A program made the translations under genes and the position numbers. DNA of 64,000 nucleotides from positions 1 through 64,000 of the forward strand of contig JAQGDQ010001068.1 in NCBI GenBank assembly GCA_030141605.1. The letters are read 5' to 3'. The first letter of the stretch is position 1; every line of letters begins with the position of its first letter. The notes under the pieces were generated by a model. That model searched no databases. It was not told the origin of the DNA and saw only the letters and a list, made by a program, of their open reading frames with translations. This document shows positions 48,665 to 61,610 of this stretch, one piece after another. The DNA comes from Tubiluchus corallicola. Lineage: Eukaryota > Animalia > Priapulida.

Positions 48665-48838
48665 TGCTAGGCTCAATTTTCAATCAATGGGTTTTAGTTT
48701 TCAATAATTTATACGACAATGGAAATAATTAGGACAAAATGGCTGTTTTCATCTCTTTAGAGGCATTCTGAACACTGGCAGGCCTGTAGTTAAAATTACT
48801 AGGGTTGCTGCTTCACAAAATGATTAGCTATTGTTTAA

Positions 48839-49455
48839 CCCTTATAGGGTCATCGGGGGGTAAGAAATTACCCCCAGACCGGTTTTTTGCATTTTACCCT
48901 TTTACCATACGCATCTCAGTAAACATTTCCATGCCTTTTTCTAAATATGTTTTGTGCACAAAATACTTTCAGTTATTTATTTTGGCGCATTGTCTCACCA
49001 TGAAATAAAAGTGAAAATGCAATATGTCGATTTTTTAAAATTGCCGAAACTTTACTTCGCTTGTCTATACATTTTACGGGCGATGTATCTGATAAAACGA
49101 AATGTCAGTTACTCAAATTACTCCACCTAAAAGAAGAAAGTAGTAGACAATAAATTCAAAATAACAATGATTTTTGCACACGCGCTAGCCATGTCGGTTG
49201 TCTACAGTTATTCCAGAATAGATAAGGGAACGTAACTAAGTGAATTTAAATTTCGTATTACTAGTAAGTCACATGTCTTTAAGCAGAGGTATAATGTATC
49301 TGACCTATGGTGGTCAGCATAACCACAAATTATGCTGTTGCTGTTTACTAATGAAACACGGCGGTTTATCAAAAGTAATTTACGAATTATGGTGGGGGTA
49401 ATTTTTTACCCTCCAGTTACCAAAATCGGTTGTAAAAATCGTGACCCTATAAGGG
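48839..49455 (+). mobile_element. piggyBac-type MITE
   Basis: TTAA|cccttatagggtca...tgaccctataaggg|TTAA. Confidence 0.9.
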
Positions 49456-49459
49456 TTAA

Positions 49460-50003
49460 AGGAAAACCGGATGATTGTTTAGACTCAATCTCATTTTAAT
49501 TTACTGTCCAAAATATACGTTCTCTTTCATATAAAAGTTAGCAATTGTTTCTTATATTTGAATAATTAGCTTAGAAAGTTAATTAACGGCAATCGAACAC
49601 AATTATTGCTTACGTCAGAAACTAATCACAGTTTGTGCAATGGCAGGCGTCTTCCCTTGCACGTCAAGCACATTTGCATAGGTGCTACAGTACTATTTGA
49701 ACACATGATGTCACGAAAAATGGGGTCTACGTCATATGACGTCAGAAACTAACACAACATAATCATGTTTATCACGGTACCGCCTTCTATTTGTCGACCA
49801 CACGAATGTGACAAAAAGGCACTGCTGCCAATCTTAGTAGATTCACTGAGCCGTGCGTAGCTTTGAAAATTTAACGAAATTTGAGTATCTGAGTTAATTA
49901 GTATTTAATCTAAGCTTTGATTTAAAATTAGCTATTGTAGTTTTCAACGTTTTAGAGCATTCTTTATTCTGAACTCGTGTTTACACAATAATCCGGTTTT
50001 CCT
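49460..50003 (+). mobile_element. Kolobok-type MITE, family A, copy 3
   Basis: TTAA|aggaaaaccgga...tccggttttcct|TTAA; the left TTAA is shared with the piggyBac MITE. Confidence 0.88.
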
Positions 50004-51090
50004 TTAATTGTAATAGTTTTGTTGAAAATATTGTAACTCATTTTAACCATCTTGTGTAGGTGAAAATTGTTTGCATTGTTCTGTTCTTTTCTGTTGAAGT
50101 ACCAATGTAGCAATGGCCCTTGATTATGAACAGTATAAAATTGTATGACTAGGATTTAGAGCAAAAATTTTAGCTATTAAAAAATTTACAAACAATTTAA
50201 CTTATATAATAGCAATTTAAATTATTGTACCAGTTCTTCCATGCTAGGAAACGATTAATCTTGATCATGGGTTATCGTTCTGGAAGATTTGGTTTTGCTG
50301 GGTAGAGGTTGATGAATTCCATACATTTGTGATAGCATTTAGTGTAGTTTTGAAGTAGTTTTACGGTAGTTTATGGCGATAAAACATCACTTTCGTAGTA
50401 AACCATTAAAAACCATCGTGGTGATAGCTTACATTGGTTTTCTTTCTAGTGAACGTTTATAGAACTTACAGTTTGAATTCTTTTATAATGTTGTTTATGT
50501 GATTTCCAAAAGAATTTGTAAATTAGAGAATAGTCATACTGTACAATACTCATTAAAACTTCCTGATTTTTTTACGATTTTTATAACTTAATAAATTTTT
50601 ATACATTTTTAAACTTTGCTGTAATACAGTTTTATTTGCTTGTAAGATAATGCTTTTAAATCATAAGTTTAAAGAAAGACACGATGATTTTTCATATACT
50701 GCTCCATTATCAAGTACAATAAAAAGTATACATTTTAACACAATCAATAATAGTGCAAAAATAATAACGTAATAGTGCAAAAGCGTTTCTGACAAACAAT
50801 AGATTAAAACCTTAATTAACGGTGGTCGACGCCACCTTTTGATGACGTCACAAACGAACATAATTTTCAATAACACACACAACAGCTCGTGCGAGTTACA
50901 CATCTTTGTAATTCAAAATAGCAATGATTTTTGCACACGCGCTAGCTACAGTTATTCCAGCATAGATAACGGAACTGTAGTATAGTCTGTGTCTGGATAC
51001 GTTGATCATGGCCGCCAAGCAAATTCTCTCTCTCTCTCCCTCGCCCTCTCGCTCTCTCTCCGACTCTCTCTTTCTGTCTCTCTTCCCTCC

Positions 51091-51125
<35 letters not shown>

Positions 51126-52164
51126 GACCCTCTCTTTCTCTCTCTCCCTCCCCAACTCTCTTTTTTACAACTGATAATGTAATAAATTCATGATTGTTAT
51201 AAAATAAACTAAGTATTGTTAAATTTTGAAACCAAACTCGGTTGAAAGAAAAGTGTAAGGGTACAGCCTGCATTTGAACCACGAACTCTTTGTTTAAAAG
51301 TCGACGCTGTGACCACTACATTATTGTTGTCGCGAACGGTGATCATGAGAGATGTATATTTAATCCGTATAATTCATGAGAGATGTATAATGGACGTTTT
51401 CGCGACAAGTCACAAAGAAATGGCATCTATCTTCATGTGTCAAGACATTTTATTTACGTGGACATTTATTTATGTATGTATGATAGATCAGTACCAGTAA
51501 TGTAAGCAATGATAGTTCAAAAAATAAAAGAGAAAATCATTAATCCTATACATAGGAAGATACAGCTTAAACTTAGGCGAAACACAGATAATAATGCCAG
51601 AAAAACTAACAACAGTAAGAACAAAAATTAATAGTTGAAAGAACTGGGTTAGAGTTACATAAATTGACAAGAGATGGCGCCACACACGTGCGTACTAACG
51701 GTTTAAACTTGCAGCATTGTTTACAGTACAGAACATTGTAATACAAAAACACAGTATGTGGTAAAAATATAGTATAACTGTGTAAGTTAAAGTTATTTGC
51801 TATCCTGTTTCTCTTCTCTTTTACATCTTATATATAAAGTTTAGCACAAAGTTTCCAATCTCTTAGGCCATTAATAAAGACAAACATTTCACTTGCTTAC
51901 AGGTGTATTTGCAACAGAAGAAATCATTTTGATAAGCTCTTTTCTCATTTTGACAACTAGGCCATCCTCTTCTTCATTCATTCTGCACATTATACATATA
52001 CTTTGATGGCCTAGTATTTTTCGTTTTTCATATCTGCCTCTCTCAGTATCTAATTTATTCGCACTAACGTATAAATTAGGAGTGCGTGGTCTCTTGAAAT
52101 TGCCTTTTTAAAACACAATTTATCGTATATATTAATTTCGCTGATATGGGCTTAATATATAATT

Positions 52165-53708
52165 TCGCTAATATATATATGTATAAGATTCGAGGCTACA
52201 GCTTCGAAGGCGGCACCATTTGCGGCGATCTCTATACATCAAACGAAAGACCTCGATCTAGTGTCGTGCCATTGGGGGTTTATTTTTCGAATCGGGCCCA
52301 CCGGGAGGAACGGGGGGGGGTGAAAAACCTCCAAAAATGGCCATTTTTCGGCCGTTTTTCGCAAAAGTTATACGCCTGAGTTCTGGAGAACGGGAACGGG
52401 CCGAGGGCAGTGCTGGCTATGGGTGGATAGCCCATTCAGCGGTGGGTGTAGTAGGCATATTTAGAATTTACGAGAGGGCCACGGTGTCCCGTAATGGGCA
52501 TTTTCCCGGACCCAACTCGAAATTTTGACCAAACAGCCTGCGGAAAAAACGTTCTAGTGGCGCCTGGTGAGACTCTCGGAAGGAGACATACAGTTCCTTA
52601 AAAAGAAGAGGAACAGGGCTACTGGATGATGTGGGCTATATTTTAGGGCACTTCCACCAAGAGCAGTGCCGACGAGTTAATTAGATGTTCTATTTTTGGC
52701 AATTTTCGCTTGGAAAACTGCTGACGCAAAGCCATTGTTGCATAGTACCGACGTCTTCCTGGTGGCCACGCACCATACAGCCATCCAGGACCTCCTTTCC
52801 CGTCTACTACTCGTCAAAGGTACACAAATATACGTTCAATGGATGATTTTTTTATAAGATAATAGGATTATTTTATACAACCGAAAAGTTTGGATTTCTC
52901 TTTTCTTTCTCTCTGTCCCTCAAATAGAGGTACGGGCATGCCATGGTGCTTCTATGCGTCTTGACTCAGTGGCTGCTCGTGGCAAAGTTTAGTAGAGGTC
53001 AGTTGTAATTTTAATCAAACGAACATACGAAAGTTTTTACCATAATTGTCGCAATTCAGGTTTGATTCATTCACGGTAAACACGTGACAATTGAAAACAA
53101 ACTGTGTGAACGACAGTACTTTCTCTACCTGGACTCAGACATGTGTACAGCAGCTAAACACAGTGTTGCTCGAGTGTATGGGCTGTGAAACAAACAGCAC
53201 TACCCTCACGTGCTCTAATTCCTTCTTTGTATGTGTGCGGAAACAGAGCACGTCTATACTATCGAGTGAAATTAGGGGGTGCTGCAGTTCCAAAGCACCT
53301 ATCCACGAGCCGCCACCACGTCTGTATTTGGGATTAGCGTTCCCCTCCCCTCTACAGGACTCCGATGAGTCCTGTATAATTTATTAACACCCTCTAGCTA
53401 AAACCACCTCATTACCATCTTAGTCATTTACAATTTAGTAACACCCTTCATCTAGAACTACCTCATTACCATCTTAGTCATTTACAATTTAGTAACACCC
53501 TTCATCTAGAACTACCTCATTACCATCATCGTCATTTAGAACAACTTCAATATTTTGTTACGGATCATATGGTTTTGTCTAGTGATATTTCATTCAGATT
53601 TCATTTAGAATCTGCAGAAGCACGTACTCGTAAGAAACCCAATCGATGCTCTCAGCCCGGCGCTGGCGAATCATTCGCTTCTATTGGATACGCCGGGCTG
53701 CCCTCAGT
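52165..53708 (+). mobile_element. possible non-autonomous Helitron-like element
   Basis: GC-rich block after a ctaatatatatatgtataag start; internal 54-bp tandem repeat (53407-53540); GC hairpin agcccggcg...cgccgggct just before ctcag|t. Confidence 0.3.
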
Positions 53709-54479
53709 TCCTCCATCTCACTGTCGTCCAGTATACCGAGCCATGCTTTCAATTCATATTTTTACATTGTATTATATTGTCAATATATTACATCTGTAAT
53801 GATATGATGTAATTTCATTATCATATTGCTTGTCTCATATACAATCTCGCACATTTTTTTCATAATTATTAGATACGTTAATAATGACGTCATCAATAAG
53901 CTTGTTTTTTTGGCCCACCTGGAAACGGATACATTGGTGTTTGATATTTTTTCACCAGTATAAGTTGGTTATTATTAGACCTATGTTTGCTCAAATTAAC
54001 GAATTAAACAATACATCAGTGGAATATCGAAACCAAAATATCGATACCAACAAAATATTTACAAAGTGCGTGAGAAAAACAAGTTATGAAAAAGTGACTG
54101 ATGGTAATTTGAGTAAACATAGGCCTAATAATAATCAGCTGAATAGTGCATTAATGTCATTTTCATTTATTTAATCACGATTTTTCGAGTCATATTGTCA
54201 CTTTTGCATATGTTGTTTTTTCATTGTGTACGTATTTGAGTTTTTTGAATTTTGTTAATAAACTATTATTATATTTGAACAAAATCAGCGTGTTGCAATA
54301 GTTTCTTCACGACAGGCAACTATATAATATATAATTTATTTATTAAAATGCAAACAAGAGCTGGACCACTACTGAAAAAAGAAAGATCTTAAATCATCAT
54401 TAGCGATAAATAGAGCTCGAGAATACAGTTTCTATACATGGAAAACATCTTATTAATGTCTCATAACTCGCACAATTAG

Positions 54480-55010
54480 AAAATGAAATGTAGTGTCTCT
54501 AACTAGCACTAGATGGCGAAAGTACCCATGTAGAACCAAATCTGAAAAGGTAAACAAAAAACGGGAAACGGAAAAAACTGTGCAATTTATGAGGGTAGAG
54601 TACAGTAAAAACTATTAAACGTGAAAGTGTCTTTAGGTAGCACTAGATAGCGAAAGTGACCATGTAGAAAAGAGAAACGGAAAAAGTATTAGTAGACTTG
54701 CACAATCAGGAAATGAAATTAATGTAAACTACTAAATATGAAAGTGTCTCTAACTAGCGCTAGATGGCAAAAGTGACAATGTAGAACCAAATCTGAAAAG
54801 GCAAACAAATTAGAAAAGAACTGTGCTGTGTCTACTGTACTTTACTCTCATAAATTGAAATTAATGTAAATTATTAAATATGAAGGTGTCTCTAACTAGC
54901 ACTAGATGGCGAAAGTGACAATTTTGAACCAAATCTGAAAAGGCAAACAAATTGGAAAAAATTGTGCTGTGTCTACTGTACTCTACTCTCATAAATTGAA
55001 ATTAATGAAA
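54480..55010. repeat. ~130-bp diverged tandem repeat x4 carrying gcactagatggcg motifs
   Basis: gtgtctctaactagcactagatggcgaaagtgac at ~54493, 54627, 54744 and 54886. Confidence 0.8.
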
Positions 55011-55157
55011 ACTATTAAAAATAAAAGGGTCTCTAATAAATTAATAATCCAACATTCAAAACCACTTGCATGGCCAGATATCTGAATTCCAAATCCTGGG
55101 ATGTAAAGCGTGCTTGCAAAATGTAAGTGGCGAAAAATGACTACATCGCACATGCCA

Positions 55158-56006
55158 TCGGAGGTGCACACCCAGGATAAATACCCGAGGAATCTTGACA
55201 AATGAAATTACCCAACAATAGCTTTCGTGGGGTACACATTGGAGGTGCACACCCAGGATAAATACCCGAGGAATCTTGACAAATGAAATTACCCAACAAT
55301 AGCTTTCATGGAGTACACACGGAGGTGCACACCTAGGATGAATACCCGAGGAATCCTGACAAATGAAATTACCCAACAATAGCTTTCGAGGGGTACACAT
55401 TTGAGGTGCACACCTAGGATAAATACACGAGGAATGTTGACAAATGAAATAGCTTTCATGGGGTACACATCGGAGGTGCACACCTAGGATGAATACCCGA
55501 GGAATCCTGACAAATGAAATTACCCAACAATAGCTTTCGAGGGGTACACATTTGAGGTGCACACCTAGGATAAATACCCGAGGAATCTTGACAAATGAAA
55601 TTACCCAACAATAGCTTTCATGGAGTACACATCGGAGGTGCACACCTAGGATAAATACACGAGGAATGTTGACAAATGAAATAGCTTTTGTGGCGTACAC
55701 ATCGGAGGTGCACACCCAGGATAAATACCCGAGGAATCTTGATAAACGAAATTTCCCTACTGTAGCTTTCATGGGGCACACATCGGAGGTGCACACCCAG
55801 GATAAATACCCGAGGAATCTTGATAAATGAAATTACCCAACAATAGCTTTCGTGGGGTACACACCCAGGATAAATACCCGAGGAATCTTGACAAATGAAA
55901 TTTCCCAACAGTAGCTTTCATGGGGTACACATCGGAGGTGCACACCCAGGATAAATACCCGAGGAATCTTGACAAATGAAATTACCCAACAATAGTTTTC
56001 GTGGGG
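55158..56006. repeat. 81-bp satellite array, ~11 copies, with 70-bp variants
   Basis: ggaggtgcacacccaggataaatacccgaggaatcttgacaaatgaaattacccaacaatagctttc... at 55160, 55241, 55321, 55402, 55472, 55553, 55634, 55704, 55785, ~55860 and 55934. Confidence 0.95.
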
Positions 56007-56791
56007 TCTAGTTGCTGACCAAGGTCGGCAATGCACAATTTTGGTGGCTAAGCACACACTATGACCACTCGGCTTTTCATCACTCGCCTACATAATGTTG
56101 GACTTTCCTACATATTAATACGCCGTACAGAGTAACCTGGTACTTTTCTGTTGCTAGATTAGCAGCCACATTTCTCTTCGAGTATTTACTGTAGTAAAAT
56201 AGCATTTGACTATTTCGCTTTCATTTTCTAAAGGAAAACAGGACGATTTTTCATATCCAACCCCATTCTGAAGTATATTAAAGACTATGCATTTTAATAC
56301 CTGTAATAATGCCAAAGTGTTTTGTGATAATTAATTGAGAAGTTAAAATTTTAATTAATGGTGGGCGAGCCAATCTAATGATGGCACAACGAGTGGACAT
56401 AATTTTTTCAGGGAAATAAAAAATTGAAGTACTAAAAAAATTCTGATTAGCATTGGAAAGATACTTGAACTTACTCTAATTCCAAATAAAGTTGGGACAA
56501 GATGCTTAAATTACACATGATATTGGACAAAGTGAAGAGATGTTTTCCTTAGTCTGTGCCGTTAGTTTATGAACCAAGTTAACAAAGAGTGTACAGTTAG
56601 TTGTTTGTACAAGGCGAGGCAGCGTTGACAAGATAAAATTATGACTGTATGTTTACCTTTAATGATTGTAGAACATAAAACTGATAAAAACAACAAATTT
56701 TAAAATACTTCATCTCGTCTGTAGTTACACCAGCCATTTATACAAGTTCTCGATCAGCAGAGTAGGTCAGAAAATTTCATTAGCAAAAGAA

Positions 56792-58075
56792 ATGGCAACT
56801 TTATTATTAGACGAGCCACAAACTCCAGCTGAAAGGGTTGATGCGATGGACAACTGGGACCAGAGATACGATTATGTTTTTGGTAACGAAGATTTCCAGG
56901 AATTATGTGATGTAACTTTTTCAGTTGGTGAAACCATCATCAACGCTAGTCGGTACGTACTTGCACTCAGAAGTGACGTTTTTAAGAGGATGCTGTTTGG
57001 GCCGCTGTGTCATAAACCTGGTGATGTCATACCAATAACCGATGTTAAATCTGAAGTGTTCCTGCTGCTTTTGAGGTTTATTTATACTAACAAAGCTGAA
57101 TTAACTGGTGATAATGTTCTTTCCGTACTTTACTTAGCTAAAAAATACAACATTCGTAAACTTGAAAAATTGGTTGCTGATTTCCTTAAATCTGAAATCA
57201 CAACTGACAATGTCTGTACCATTCTGACAGCTGCGTGTTTCTATGAAAGGCGCGATGTAGAGATGAAATGTTTGGAGGTCATTAGTGTCAAAACAGAAAG
57301 AGTTATAAAGTCCGACAGTTTTATTTCCTTAAGCTACGACAGCTTATTCAGGATTGTCAAACTTGATGAACTGACAATTAGTGAAGAGGGGAAATTATTT
57401 GATGCAGTTTTAAGATGGGCTGGTGCTGAGTGCAAGCGACAGAACCTAAAGCAAAATGTGTTCAACAAGAGAACAGTCTTGTGGGACATTTTGTTTCAAA
57501 TCAGATTTCCCACAATGGATCCAGAATTATTCATCAAAGGACCGGTAGCAACTGGAATATTAAATGACAAGGAGAAAGAAAATGTTCTAATCAATCATCA
57601 TCAAAAAGTGGCATCAGAATCAATATTTCCAAAAACGCAGAGAAACTATGTAACAGTCGTGTCAGTCATGTATGCTGAACCTGTTGAGAAAATTGATAAT
57701 TTAAAACCAGGAGGAGGTGGACTCCAATGTATAGAAAAGTTTGAAACCACTGGAAAAACTGATAAACTTGCCATTGCTCTTTTCAGATGTAACAAAACAA
57801 GCTGCTCCAAGAACCGTGGTAAAGGCTGTTGCTTGAATTTACTAGTTGATCCCACTTGGTCTGCTACTTTACGTAGCATGTGTAAGAACAGTTACATTGA
57901 AGTGATTAACAATAATCCACAAAGGTCACTCAAAACTATCCTAAATGAAGATACAAAGGAACGGCATTGGAGAGCAATTAATATTGCACGGTTTAGAACT
58001 GTCATGAACCCTGCTTCCGGGTTTATTCAAGATGGAAAAATTCGCATAAAAGTTGTGACGCTGCTTAGAAAATGA
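56792..58075 (+). CDS. BTB/POZ-BACK domain protein (BTBD3/6-like N-terminus) with MATH-like C-terminus; uninterrupted CDS
   Basis: CDVTFSVG...RYVLALRSDVFKRMLFG...FLLLLRFIYT...LYLAKKY (BTB); LFDAVLRWA...QIRFPTM (BACK); VMNPASGFIQDGKIRIKV resembles a MATH/TRAF terminal strand. Confidence 0.9.
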   Translation: MATLLLDEPQTPAERVDAMDNWDQRYDYVFGNEDFQELCDVTFSVGETIINASRYVLALRSDVFKRMLFGPLCHKPGDVIPITDVKSEVFLLLLRFIYTNKAELTGDNVLSVLYLAKKYNIRKLEKLVADFLKSEITTDNVCTILTAACFYERRDVEMKCLEVISVKTERVIKSDSFISLSYDSLFRIVKLDELTISEEGKLFDAVLRWAGAECKRQNLKQNVFNKRTVLWDILFQIRFPTMDPELFIKGPVATGILNDKEKENVLINHHQKVASESIFPKTQRNYVTVVSVMYAEPVEKIDNLKPGGGGLQCIEKFETTGKTDKLAIALFRCNKTSCSKNRGKGCCLNLLVDPTWSATLRSMCKNSYIEVINNNPQRSLKTILNEDTKERHWRAINIARFRTVMNPASGFIQDGKIRIKVVTLLRK

Positions 58076-58427
58076 ATTGAAAGGAAAATCATTTCTTGAA
58101 ACTGATGCTTTCACGATTACGATTGATTGTTTATAGACCAATAAATTTTTACACCCCGTACGTTGCCGCCCATTTTGAAGAAGTGAGTTGATTTGTCATG
58201 ATTGATTATGATCAGCATAACAATGTCACCTGCAAGCTGTACTGCATGATTTGGTCAACGTTTTGACATTGGCATAAACATTAGAAGGTTTTGACGCTAT
58301 ACAATGTCATTTATTGACTAGAGTCCTCCCTGCTTGTAGTAACAATAAGACGGCAACGGAAACAAAACTCAGTGTTGAAGCTCATCATCATCTTATTCTC
58401 ATCGTGTTTGAGTAACGATCATGTATT

Positions 58428-59290
58428 GAGGATTGTCAAACTTGACGAACTGACAATTAGACTTGACGAAACTATTTGATGCAGTTTTAAGATGGGCTGA
58501 TGCTGAATGTAAGAGAAAGAAACTAGAGCAAAATATGCTCAACAAGAGAACAGTCTTGGGTGACATTTTATTTCAAATCAGATTTTCTACAATGGACCCA
58601 CAGTTACTCATCAAAGAACCGGTAGCAACTGGAATATTAACTGACAAGGAGCAACTGAATGTTTTAATCAAAAAGAGGCATCAGAATCAACATTTCCAAA
58701 AACGCAGAGAAACTACGTAGAAGTCTTGTCAGTCATCTGTGCTACAAATTTTGATCAGTTCAATCTTCTGTTTTTGAAAAACCAATGAATGCTTTGATCA
58801 ATCTTATTTAAGAGACTTCAAAATCGATATTTCCTAAAAAGAAAAAAAACTGCATTGAAATCGTATTTGTCATATGTAACTGAACCTGTTGAAATGATTA
58901 ATAATTTTATAAATAAGATATCAGAAAATTTGCAGTCATTGGTTAGCGTAAAGAGCTCGACACTAATGTTTTCAGGTGTAATGAACTATGCTCCAATACT
59001 GGATATAACTATTGTGTAAACTGCTGCTTGAAATTACAAGTTTCACTTTTCGCTTTTGCTTCTACTTCTGACAGCATATGTAAGAACAGTTGGATTGAAG
59101 TGACTAACAATGATCCAAGAAAGTCACTCAGAACATTTTAAAATGAAGACAAGTTCAGAAGAAGTGGAAAGTTTTGGTGGTATCAGAATAATATTGCAGA
59201 GCTTCTGGGTTTATTAGTGATGGAAAAATTCGCATAAAAGTTGTGCTGTTGTATAGAAAATGAATTAAAAAGAAAATCATCTTCTGGAAC
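58428..59290 (+). pseudogene. decayed partial tandem paralogue of the BTB-BACK gene (BACK and C-terminal parts)
   Basis: LFDAVLRWADAECKRKKLEQNMLNKRTVLGDILFQIRFSTMDP with frameshifts; ends in gatggaaaaattcgcataaaagttgtg like 58031-58057. Confidence 0.85.
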
Positions 59291-60587
59291 TGTGTTCATC
59301 AGTGCGACTGATGTCTTATATGGATTGGTACTGTCTGGTGTACCCTAAATATACAAAAGTATAAAGAAACTCGTTGGCATTGTGCTGTGGAAGACTGATT
59401 ATGTACCAGTGACAGTGCCACCCCCAAACCCCCTCCCCCATGTCAGCCGCATGCAGAACGGCTGTTAAATTCGGCTCCAGTTTCAATCATTCGTTGTCTG
59501 GTATATGGGAACTGATCTTTGGTACTTACAAATCACCTCTACAGAAGTTTGCAGAGAGCGTTGCCATTGGTGCTGTTAAAAGATGCCTATTGTAAGCTGC
59601 AGCTTTTTGCGTGTAAACCAACTATCAGTGTGATACCCTAATTTTAACATGACCTGCTGATTTACCCGATTGTTCTAGCAAGATGTTTCATTTTAACTGA
59701 CTAGCAGCCGGATTACTTATGTGTGCATGAGAATTATCTTAACTTAATATACGGAATATACAGTAGCTTAATCAGAATGAAGTAATGAATATAAATTACA
59801 TCGTATTTGTTAAGCATTGTAGAAAGTGTACTGTAATTTCTGTTATTTGTTTACAAACGAATAAATGTAAATAAATCGAATGAATGAATAAACAAATAAA
59901 AACTTAGAGATTATTTCTAGAAGGCTCTCTTAAATTCACAAGGAAAAGAGTGCCGCTTGCACTTTTGCTAATCAAACAGAATTATTCAGTATCATCACTT
60001 ACTGCTGCACATTCAATAATCACATTGTCACTCTGCTCTGTTGTTACTCTTCACCGCCGCCATTTTTGCGTGACTGACTGTGACCAATCAGTGAGACATG
60101 AAAGTTGCTGCTTAACGTGCATTTGAAACAATGTATCTAGGTACAGTTAAACCAGCAGAATCTCAGCAGTTTTTCTCATTTATATAGTACTGTGCTTTCA
60201 GGCTTAACTGTTTCGAGTGTTGCAGAAAAAAATGTGCGGAAGTTTAGGCAACAATGCCATTAAAGGCAAGTGCTTCGCAAAGTTGAATTTCACAACTTGA
60301 TACTTCAATACGTTAGCTGTTGGCTGCGAAAGTTAGAAGCGCAGGGATTTAGCATTTTTTACGTCTTGACTGGAACAATCACGGCTAAACTTCAATTGCA
60401 AAAGCAACCACATTGATGTATTTAAAGCACTCAATACGTAGCACCGTGGTCTTAGCCGCAGAAAATAAAGTACTAATAAAGGTTTGTTGTCAAGGAAAAT
60501 GGAACTTAATCCTACGAACTACAGCATCTGAAATTTCCAGAAAAGTGTGAAATGGCCACACAGAGGCGTTTCCCTTTGATATAATGG

Positions 60588-61610
60588 TAAAAAAGTTCTG
60601 ATTAGCATTGAAAGATACTTGAACTAATTCTAAATCCTAATAAAGTTGGGACAAGATGCTTAAGTTACACATGATAAGTTAGACCAACTACCCGTTAAAG
60701 ACACCAAACTTTTTCCGGGATAAATTTATTTTCACTTTATTAAAAAACGAAAAAAACAACGTTGAAGTCGTGTGTGCTGCTAAAATAATTGAGAAATCTC
60801 CTATAACAGAAAAGATTGTAATCACTGGAAATGCTGATAAGCTTGTCATTCGTCTTTACAGATGTGATGATAAAGCCTGCTATAATACAAGATATAACCG
60901 TGCTGAAGGCTGTTGCTTGCAATTACGAGTCGGTCCGCTCTTTTACTTTTACTTTTCGTAGCGTGTGTAAGAACAGTTACATTGAAGTGATTAACAATAA
61001 TCACAAGCATCAATCAAAACTTTTCTAGATAAAGATACATTTGAAGATGGTGAAGAACTTTGACAGATAAGGATATACTTGAAGATGATGAAGAACTTTT
61101 CTAGATAAAGATATATTTGAAGATGATAAAGAACTTTTCTAGATAAGGATATATTTGAAGATGATGAATAACTTTTCTATGTAAAGATATACTTGAAGAT
61201 GATGAATAACTTTCTTGAAAAAATATATTTGAAGATAATGAAGAACTTTTCCAGAAAAAGATATATTTGAAGATGATGAAGAATTTTCCCAGAAAAAGAT
61301 ATACTTGAAGATGGTGAAGAACTTTTCGAACTTTTCCAGAAAAAGATATATTTGAATATGTTGAAGAACTTTTCTATGTAAAGATATATTTAAAGACGAT
61401 GAAGAATTTTCCCAGAAAAAGATATACTTGAAGATGGTGAAGAACTTTTCTAGAAAAAGATATATTTGAAGATGGTGAAGAACTGTGCTGGTTTTAGAAC
61501 CGTATCACACAGTTTAAAGACTTATGAACCCTGTCTCTGGATTTATTCACGATGGTGGAAAAATTCCAATGAAAGTTCTGATAATGCCTAGAAAATGAAG
61601 TGAAAGAAAA
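60588..61610 (+). pseudogene. second decayed BTB-gene paralogue (upstream flank plus C-terminal domain only)
   Basis: 60588-60676 matches upstream 56437-56522; TGNADKLVIRLYRC...GCCL and RSVCKNSYIEVINNN match the C-terminus of the intact gene; frameshifted. Confidence 0.8.
61018..61483. repeat. 38-bp tandem repeat, ~12 copies, inside the pseudogene
   Basis: aacttttctagataaagatatatttgaagatgatgaag units at 61018, 61056, 61094, 61132 and onward. Confidence 0.92.
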
